IMG/VR virus record: IMGVR_UViG_3300037189_026207
Span: 16,742 to 80,741 of that record
From: a virus
Reading direction: 5' to 3' (one strand)
DNA: 64,000 nt
Both the position numbers and the translations under genes were made by a program. Positions 57,700-64,000 of this stretch are shown here, in pieces; position 1 is the first letter of the stretch; the number at the start of each line of letters is the position of its first letter. The notes beneath the pieces were generated by a model that searched no databases, had not been told where the DNA came from, and saw only the letters and a program-made list of their open reading frames with translations.

Positions 57700-58752
57700 A
57701 TGCGTGTTGGCATATACACTCACTACGCCCACTGCGATCAGACTTATTTCGCAGTTAGGCTAGCGCAATTGGCGCATAAAATTGGCCTCGAGTTTGATAT
57801 TTACTCGGATAAAACGCCAGGCAAATTAGGGATACCATACGATCGCGCTGTTGTGTCAAAGAGCGTTATCAAATTCACTGATTGGGCAAAAAAGCAAAAT
57901 GTTATTGTCTGGACTCAAGTTCCGCGCATTGAGCAAATTGCTTACGCAAAGCGTCGCGGTATTCGTACTGTACTTGTCCCTATGTGGCAGGAATTAGTAC
58001 GACCATACCGGAAAGCCATGCAGACTGCCGATATCGTAGTGAGCCAGTGCGCCGAGTGTCAGTCGCTGTTTAGTGAAGTATACAAGATAAAGTCAGCACA
58101 ACTAATTCCTTTTGACACCGGACTGCCAATAACTAAAAAAAATTCGCAGATTGATGAGCGGAATATCAAGCTGTTCTTGCCCTGGTTCGATCGTAACGCG
58201 AGGTGTTCTGGCGGTCAGTTTATTTCCATTTTGAAATTTTTGCTGGAACGTATGCAGGAAGCGCGTTTAACCGTTGCAATCACCACAAGCAGCTTTTCGC
58301 CCTCAATCGCCAAATTTTTTACTAATATGCGAAAAACATGCGGAGACCGCGTCGTACTTAAACGCGGCACGCCATACAACAAACGTCCGCCGCTATACGC
58401 CGATCACGACTTAACAGTATTGCCCGCCGAGTGCGACAACTACGGGTTATGCGCGCTAACATCTTTGACCATGGGCACGCCGGTATTATCTACAGCTATT
58501 TCGCCGCAAATAGATTTTTTGTATCCAGACAACAATGCAGAATTAATTGTCACAAAACTTGATTATGATGAAAACGGAGTAGTGCACGCGTTACCAGATT
58601 ACGAAAAATTTGGGTACGCGCTACAAACATTAATTGCAGAGCCAAGACACATTCAAAAATTAAACGCAAAAACAAACTACAATTTACACTCGCGCCGAAA
58701 AGCTTTTGAGATGAATTGGACAAACATTCTCGACAGCAGCCAAACTTTTTAG
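57700..58752 (+). CDS. GT-B fold (family 4-like) glycosyltransferase
   Basis: MRVGIY N-terminus; YADHDLTVLPAECDNYGLCALTSLTMGTPVLST (ExFG..xEA-like motif, diverged). Confidence 0.7.
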   Translation: MRVGIYTHYAHCDQTYFAVRLAQLAHKIGLEFDIYSDKTPGKLGIPYDRAVVSKSVIKFTDWAKKQNVIVWTQVPRIEQIAYAKRRGIRTVLVPMWQELVRPYRKAMQTADIVVSQCAECQSLFSEVYKIKSAQLIPFDTGLPITKKNSQIDERNIKLFLPWFDRNARCSGGQFISILKFLLERMQEARLTVAITTSSFSPSIAKFFTNMRKTCGDRVVLKRGTPYNKRPPLYADHDLTVLPAECDNYGLCALTSLTMGTPVLSTAISPQIDFLYPDNNAELIVTKLDYDENGVVHALPDYEKFGYALQTLIAEPRHIQKLNAKTNYNLHSRRKAFEMNWTNILDSSQTF

Positions 58753-58761
58753 GAGCCGGCC

Positions 58762-59535
58762 GTGAGTAAAAAAGACTTGGATTTAAAAACCACAGTAAAC
58801 TACGCGAAAGAAGCATACGGAGAGCTGCGGACAAATACGGATTCCAAAGTATTTACTCACTGTTGGAGTGTCGCTAGACTGGCCGAACAAATTGCGCACA
58901 AGTTTTTTGGCGACATGCGCGCTGACATGTTACCGCAAGACGCGCCTGACATTATTACGGCTATAGTCCACGCCTCTATACTGCACGAAATTATCAACTT
59001 TGGCAGAAAAACATTTGAGAATGTGGCTGAGATTGCCAATGTTCAAGTTGCGGCCATGGTATCCACGCTTAGTCGCGACTATCGGCTGGTAGAGACAAAA
59101 CGAGATCTGGAATACCGCGGCCGGCTAAGTCAAAGCTCTATCTCTACACATATAGTAGCTGTTGCTGAAGTTATTTGTTCTGCAAAAGAAGTAATTGATT
59201 CGCTTAACGCTAATGGACTTGCGCAGCTGGCTAAAACTCGCAAGATTCTAGGACAACTAGACGCGGACTTGCTGGTTGTGCATACCGCTGCCCGATATTA
59301 CGTATTGCGTTTATACGTTCACGCCGCTCGTAATCTTATTTCTGACGCAAACCAATTAATTAAAAAACTAAAGACGGAGGCAAAAGCCGCCAAGGCGATC
59401 GAGCGGCTAACCGCCAGCGTCGAGGCCAAACTAGCAATTAAAACGCCTGTTGAATCCCATACCAGCGATAGTTATCCCGCCACAAAGGAGAAAAAACGTG
59501 GAAAAGTCCGAGCTGCTAAAAAAGGTGTTGACTGA
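58762..59535 (+). CDS. HD-domain protein resembling small alarmone hydrolases, catalytic residues altered
   Basis: FTHCWSVA...ASILHEII...TFENVAE...VAAMVSTLSRD...AVAEVIC vs consensus Y..H...VA...AALLHDVVED...VKLADK. Confidence 0.6.
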   Translation: MSKKDLDLKTTVNYAKEAYGELRTNTDSKVFTHCWSVARLAEQIAHKFFGDMRADMLPQDAPDIITAIVHASILHEIINFGRKTFENVAEIANVQVAAMVSTLSRDYRLVETKRDLEYRGRLSQSSISTHIVAVAEVICSAKEVIDSLNANGLAQLAKTRKILGQLDADLLVVHTAARYYVLRLYVHAARNLISDANQLIKKLKTEAKAAKAIERLTASVEAKLAIKTPVESHTSDSYPATKEKKRGKVRAAKKGVD

Positions 59536-59812
59536 TTATTGCGCGCAGAATGAAGAGCTGCGATTTCAAGAAGAGCTGCTCGCCGCGTTTTGCGATTATG
59601 CGGCAGATTGGTTTAAACAGCGCGGCGTGGTTGGTGTTGGTCATACGCCCGCCGGCATAGCCATTCGGTTCGCTGATAGCTCTGAATATACTCTGTTTAA
59701 AACAGATGAAGAGACTAGTTTCGCTACCCCGGTATTTGTCACAGGTGTAGCGTCTAAGGTAACAAGACCGGCTGGTGATTCGGCGGCGAGCTTTCCTATT
59801 ACAGGGCGTTAA
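59498..59812 (+). CDS. Hypothetical protein
   Basis: AAGGAG SD, GTG start. Confidence 0.6.
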   Translation: MEKSELLKKVLTDYCAQNEELRFQEELLAAFCDYAADWFKQRGVVGVGHTPAGIAIRFADSSEYTLFKTDEETSFATPVFVTGVASKVTRPAGDSAASFPITGR

Positions 59813-59813
59813 A

Positions 59814-60455
59814 ATGTTTATCTGCCTAGAAGGCATAGACGGCGCAGGCAAAACAACGCAAGCACGCCTGCTGGCAAATCGTTTAATTACAGACGGCCAT
59901 GCGGCAATCCAAGTCGCCGACCCCGGAACTACAGCACTTGGCAAGGCCATTCGCGAGCTTGTACTAGAGCGCGATGAGCCGATTACACCTCTTGCTCAGA
60001 TGCTTTTATTCTCTTCTGCGCGCGCGGAGTTGTCTGCGTTTATTAAAGATCAGGTAACGCATGGAACGTCGGTAGTTTGTGACCGATGGATTTTGTCTAC
60101 TCTCGTCTATCAAGCGATGGACAATAAGATTGAGCCAGAGTTTATTTTGCAAATCTTCGCGCAAACGTGCATAGCGCCCGATTTGTGCTTTGTTCTTGAC
60201 ATAGATCCTGTGCAGTCTGAAAAGCGTCGCGCTCCGTCGAAAGACAGATTTGAGCGGCGGCCACTAGAGGATAAGAAAAAAATGCGGCAAGCTTATTTAA
60301 GCTATGCTAGCATAGCGCGGCAGTGCGCCAAGAATACTTACGTTCTCAACGCCGATGTTCCAGAAGATGTTATGAATCAAGCGATTTGTGATATTGTTGG
60401 TCAACACCTAAATCTTTTTGAAAGGCTGCCGCATGCTCAAAACTGCGCTCGTTGA
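59814..60455 (+). CDS. tmk: Thymidylate kinase
   Basis: FICLEGIDGAGKTTQ, DPG.T.LG..IR, LLFSSAR, CDRW..STLVYQ, PDL, DRFE. Confidence 0.93.
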   Translation: MFICLEGIDGAGKTTQARLLANRLITDGHAAIQVADPGTTALGKAIRELVLERDEPITPLAQMLLFSSARAELSAFIKDQVTHGTSVVCDRWILSTLVYQAMDNKIEPEFILQIFAQTCIAPDLCFVLDIDPVQSEKRRAPSKDRFERRPLEDKKKMRQAYLSYASIARQCAKNTYVLNADVPEDVMNQAICDIVGQHLNLFERLPHAQNCAR

Positions 60456-60903
60456 TAATGATTTCGCGCATATCTGCTCTACGCTCTATTCGCTGGCGCA
60501 GCGTCATATTCCCGCTAATGCCGTAGGCGACGTAAACGAACTAGCGCATGTGGCTAAGCTATTGAAAGAATCTGGCATCTCTCCGCAAATAGCCCCTAAA
60601 ATTTCTGCGCATGTTGATGACTACTCGTCAAGCGTAGTCAAGCAGTCTGCCGAATATCGATTAATTCGCGCGCGTTTTGCCGCAGCACTGGGCACAATAG
60701 CAGATATGGGGTCTAAAAAGATCAAGAAAAACAAAAGTGAATTTCACGCAGGTATTAATGAGGGTTTACGTCGCGCAGCTAAAATTGCGATAATGTTTTT
60801 AGAAGATCTCGACGCCGGCATTTATACCTCACATACGTACTGCGAAAATGATGATCCGGAAAAAATTACAGAACCTAAACCCCGAAGCAGTTTTGTTCGC
60901 TGA
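60433..60903 (+). CDS. Hypothetical protein
   Basis: Operon-packed ORF. Confidence 0.55.
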   Translation: MLKTALVDNDFAHICSTLYSLAQRHIPANAVGDVNELAHVAKLLKESGISPQIAPKISAHVDDYSSSVVKQSAEYRLIRARFAAALGTIADMGSKKIKKNKSEFHAGINEGLRRAAKIAIMFLEDLDAGIYTSHTYCENDDPEKITEPKPRSSFVR

Positions 60904-61102
60904 TTGGGCAGACGAAGCTTTATTAGGTTTATGTTGTGTTTCAGATTTTTCTCCGGTAGCGCTGTATAGCCGACAAAAAATATATGACGCATTACGTAAT
61001 CGCGGAATGTGTCAAGACGATGTAGAAGAGTATTACGCTAGTTTAAAGAATTTACGGGCTGGAGAGTTCACGCCTGTTATATTTGATGATTTAAAGGAGT
61101 AA
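60848..61102 (+). CDS. Conserved phage hypothetical protein
   Basis: DEALLG...VALYS..KI...GM..DD.EEY...GEFTP. Confidence 0.6.
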   Translation: MMIRKKLQNLNPEAVLFADWADEALLGLCCVSDFSPVALYSRQKIYDALRNRGMCQDDVEEYYASLKNLRAGEFTPVIFDDLKE

Positions 61103-61112
61103 ATAGCCTGCC

Positions 61113-61436
61113 GTGGCCACTACTGTTATCAATACCTCGGATACGATAGAGTTCAGAACTAACAAACCAGGCGCCCCAAAAGATCCAGTGCCATACGTAA
61201 CGATTCAGCTTGGCAACTGGGAGCTTGGATACGGCCACGATTTAGGCATAGTAATAGATTCAGGCGGAGCTGCTGATTATCCGCCAGTTCTTTCTGCCAC
61301 GGATGCGCGAAAATTAGCCAAGTGGCTTAACAAAGCAGCAGACGAGCTTGAAGGTATTGACGGAAAAAAGTCAAACAAGAAGAAGCACTACCACGCCGAA
61401 GAGGACGATGACGAAAATGGTGGATATAAATTTTGA
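61113..61436 (+). CDS. Hypothetical protein
   Basis: AAGGAG SD, GTG start. Confidence 0.55.
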   Translation: MATTVINTSDTIEFRTNKPGAPKDPVPYVTIQLGNWELGYGHDLGIVIDSGGAADYPPVLSATDARKLAKWLNKAADELEGIDGKKSNKKKHYHAEEDDDENGGYKF

Positions 61437-61499
61437 ATTACAGTGGCTATCTTGTTAAATTACACGTAGCCAGTTTATCTACGTGCGCGGGTAACAAGT

Positions 61500-62336
61500 A
61501 TGGCGACCAGTAAACGAATTTCTGATTTACCATTAAAGTCAAATCTCGCTGAAACTGATCTTCTAGTTATTGTTGATACGGATGCCGGGCCGCAAAATTT
61601 TGTCTCTAAAAAGACAACCGTACTGACAATCCGCAATCTGGCGCAAATAATTGCTGACGCCCAGATTGCGCTACAGAAAAATCAGCCAAACGGATTAGCG
61701 ACAATTGACGCGGCTACAGGTAAAGTTCCTGTAGCGCTGTTGCCTAGCTACGTAGACGACGTAGAAGAGTACGCGTCTCTAGCTGTTTTTCCTGCAACAG
61801 GCGAATCCGGAAAAATATATGTCGATATAGCCACTAAAAAAGTTTATCGGTGGGGTGGCAGTGTTTACGTTGAAATTAGCGCCGCGCCCGGCAGTACCGA
61901 CGCTGTTCCAGAAGGCACTATTAATAAATATTTCACAGAACAGCGCGCTTCCGGCGCAGCTCCTGTGCAATCTGTTAACGGACAAATTGGCGCTGTAATT
62001 TTAGCTATTCCTGTAGAGTCGGTTAACGGCTACACTGGCGAGGTTGAGTTAGGAAAATCAGATGTAGGATTAGGCAGTGTCGACAACACCGCCGACATCG
62101 ATAAGCCGATTAGTAGCGCTGTTCAAACGGCATTAGATGACAAAGAAGCTGTTGGCACTGCTGCCGCGGCTATTACATCCCACGAGTCAGCCGAAGACCC
62201 GCATCCACAATATACTACTCAAACAGAAGTTGAGGCATTAATTCCAGTGCAATCTGTTAACGGTAAAACTGGCGCGGTAGAATTAGACATTCCAGTAGCG
62301 GAAGATTTAACGCTAGACGGCGGCGTATACGCGTAG
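61500..62336 (+). CDS. Tail-fibre-related structural protein
   Basis: KRISDLP N-terminus, GKVP..LLPSYVDDV, STDAVPEG..NKYFT, repeated VxSVNG.TG.V, C-terminal LDGG. Confidence 0.7.
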   Translation: MATSKRISDLPLKSNLAETDLLVIVDTDAGPQNFVSKKTTVLTIRNLAQIIADAQIALQKNQPNGLATIDAATGKVPVALLPSYVDDVEEYASLAVFPATGESGKIYVDIATKKVYRWGGSVYVEISAAPGSTDAVPEGTINKYFTEQRASGAAPVQSVNGQIGAVILAIPVESVNGYTGEVELGKSDVGLGSVDNTADIDKPISSAVQTALDDKEAVGTAAAAITSHESAEDPHPQYTTQTEVEALIPVQSVNGKTGAVELDIPVAEDLTLDGGVYA

Positions 62337-62351
62337 GAGCCAGCTTAAGCG

Positions 62352-62804
62352 ATGAGCACTAAAAGAATTTCTGAAATGCCGCTGAAGACAGCCTTAGCGG
62401 CAGAAGACTATATCCCGATTGTTGATACAGCCGGCGGATTAAATAATTATCAGTCTAAAAAGACGACTGTAGCCAATTTAGTTCAATTATCAGCATTAAT
62501 TGCTGAAGCTCAATTATTATTACAAAAGGGACAAAATAACGGGCTTGCGCCACTTGGCCCTGACGGTAAAATTCCTGTTAATTTATTGCCCGCCGCGGCA
62601 ATTATTGAAACAACAATTGTGAGCTCGGCGGCAGCCATGACGGCATTGACCGCCCAGCGCGGCGACAAGGCTGTTCGAAGCGATCTAAACAAAACTTTCA
62701 TTTTAGCTAGAGAGCCCGCATCTGATATAAATAACTGGACAGAAGTGTTGGCGACTGGCACCCTACCGCCGCCTGAAGACTATTTAGACGGCGGTAATTT
62801 TTAA
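62352..62804 (+). CDS. Tail-fibre-related protein, paralogous N-terminus to the upstream gene
   Basis: KRISEMPLK...IVDT.G...SKKTTV...QK.Q.NGLA; C-terminal LDGGNF. Confidence 0.65.
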   Translation: MSTKRISEMPLKTALAAEDYIPIVDTAGGLNNYQSKKTTVANLVQLSALIAEAQLLLQKGQNNGLAPLGPDGKIPVNLLPAAAIIETTIVSSAAAMTALTAQRGDKAVRSDLNKTFILAREPASDINNWTEVLATGTLPPPEDYLDGGNF

Positions 62805-62890
62805 CGAAGGAAGTCGTTAATTTGTAGCATAATTTCAATATTGCTACACTAGGTGTTGAATTTGTTTTTAACAATAGAGGTAAATAAAGT

Positions 62891-64000
62891 ATGGCTAATA
62901 CCATTCGTATTAAGCGTCGCGCAACTGGTAATGCCGGCGCTCCTGGTGCTTTAAAAAACGCTGAGTTAGCTTTTAACGAAGTTGACCAGACACTGTATTA
63001 CGGTAAGGGTGCTGACGGTAACGGCAACGCTACTAGCGTTATCGCCATCGGCGGCGTGGGCTGGGATGCGACCCCCGACCTGTCGGGTTACGGCACGCTG
63101 GCCGGCGCGAATACGTGGTCGAACACGAACACGTTTAGCAGCACGCTGAACGTCAGCGGCGAGGGCAGCGCGCTTCAGTTAAACGGTACGTCGATTACTT
63201 CGACTGCCACGGAACTGAACCTCGTTGACGGTTCTGTTGCCGGCACGATTGTGAATAGCAAGGCTGTGGTCTACGGCGCGGCCGGCGAAGTAAACGCCAC
63301 CACGCTGCAGATCGGTGGTAATTCGATCACTTCGACCGCCGCGGAACTCAACATCCTCGACGGCGTGACGGCTGACTCTACGGAACTGAACCTCCTTGAC
63401 GGTTCTGTTGCCGCCACGATTGTGAATAGCAAGGCTGTTGTCTACGGTGCGGCTGGCGAAGTAAATGCCACCACACTGCAGATTGCGGGCTCGTCGATCA
63501 CTTCGACGGCTGCTGAACTCAACCTCGTTGACGGTTCTGTTGCCGGCACGATTGTAAACAGCCGGGCGGTGGTCTACGGCGCGGCTGGCGAAGTAAACGC
63601 CACCACACTGCAGATCAGTGGCAATTCGATCACTTCGACCGCCTCGGAACTCAACCTCGTTGATGGTTCTGCTGCCGGCACGATTGCGAATAGCAAGGCT
63701 GTGGTGTACGGTGCGGCTGGCGAAGTAAACGCCACCACACTGCAGATCAGTGGCAATTCGATCACTTCGACTGCTGCTGAACTCAACCTCGTTGACGGTT
63801 CTGTTGCTGGTACGGTTGTGAATAGCAAGGCTGTGGTCTATGGTGCGGCTGGTGAAGTAAACGCCACCACACTGCAGATTGCGGGCTCGTCGATCACTTC
63901 GACCGCCTCGGAACTCAACATTCTCGACGGCGTGACAGCGGACTTCGCCGAGCTTAACCTGCTCGACGGCGCCGTTGCTAACACCGTGGTGAACAGCAAG
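62891..64000 (+). CDS. Tail fibre / long repeat protein (runs off the window end)
   Basis: GAGG SD, ATG 62891: MANTIRIKRR..G.AGAP..L..AELAFNEVD..LYYGKG, then 44-aa repeats; open to the window end and absent from the ORF track. Confidence 0.8.
   Translation, partial: MANTIRIKRRATGNAGAPGALKNAELAFNEVDQTLYYGKGADGNGNATSVIAIGGVGWDATPDLSGYGTLAGANTWSNTNTFSSTLNVSGEGSALQLNGTSITSTATELNLVDGSVAGTIVNSKAVVYGAAGEVNATTLQIGGNSITSTAAELNILDGVTADSTELNLLDGSVAATIVNSKAVVYGAAGEVNATTLQIAGSSITSTAAELNLVDGSVAGTIVNSRAVVYGAAGEVNATTLQISGNSITSTASELNLVDGSAAGTIANSKAVVYGAAGEVNATTLQISGNSITSTAAELNLVDGSVAGTVVNSKAVVYGAAGEVNATTLQIAGSSITSTASELNILDGVTADFAELNLLDGAVANTVVNSK
63190..64000 (+). repeat. Coding tandem repeat with a 132-bp (44-aa) unit and occasional 39-bp (13-aa) sub-duplication
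   Basis: Unit ITSTA.ELNLVDGSVAGTIVNSKAVVYGAAGEVNATTLQI.G.S starting near 63192, 63324, 63495, 63627, 63759, 63891. Confidence 0.9.

Noticed and set aside
63190-64000. CRISPR-like repeat array
   Set aside because: Unit lengths are multiples of 3 within one open frame with mostly synonymous variation and no unique spacers.
1-64000. Stop-codon reassignment
   Set aside because: Core genes are full-length in the standard code with high coding density, and no suppressor tRNA was seen.

Overview
This is a 64-kb slice of a large, probably jumbo-class, dsDNA tailed phage genome. Genes are dense and almost all on the + strand, and the standard genetic code fits. A Planctomycetota-like host is inferred from a few host-style small proteins. 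From left to right the window holds: (1) a GpA-type terminase large subunit on the minus strand, cut by the window edge and missed by the ORF track; (2) an accessory region (~1-28 kb) with a MoxR/CobS-type AAA+ and a giant vWA partner, a dATP/dGTP diphosphohydrolase domain, ADP-heptose genes hldD and hldE, a pyrimidine-dimer glycosylase-like gene, many small hypotheticals and two tRNAs (Lys-UUU, Gln-UUG) flanking a structured ~180-nt spacer; (3) a replication/recombination module (~28-51 kb) with SbcD/SbcC, SF2 helicase, DnaB-like helicase, primase, UDG-fused family A polymerase, RecA-like recombinase and RuvC-like resolvase; (4) a portal-like gene, glycosyltransferase, thymidylate kinase and the start of a tail-fibre region with 132-bp tandem repeats. 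The most notable item is a tightly coupled gene pair inside the replication operon (31333-32768). It encodes an IS110/Nop-domain (TIGR-Tas-like) protein next to a stand-alone Cas7/RAMP-like protein, with no CRISPR or TIGR array visible in the window. Two candidate partner non-coding elements are the tRNA-flanked structured RNA (26663-26842) and a three-hairpin cluster with a conserved 12-nt loop (17060-17176). Several other enzyme folds look catalytically degenerate: a Rep_1-like HUH protein, a (p)ppGpp-hydrolase-like HD protein, the UDG-like domain, and a DHS-like domain fused to an HTH. All family calls come from reading motifs by eye, not from database searches.
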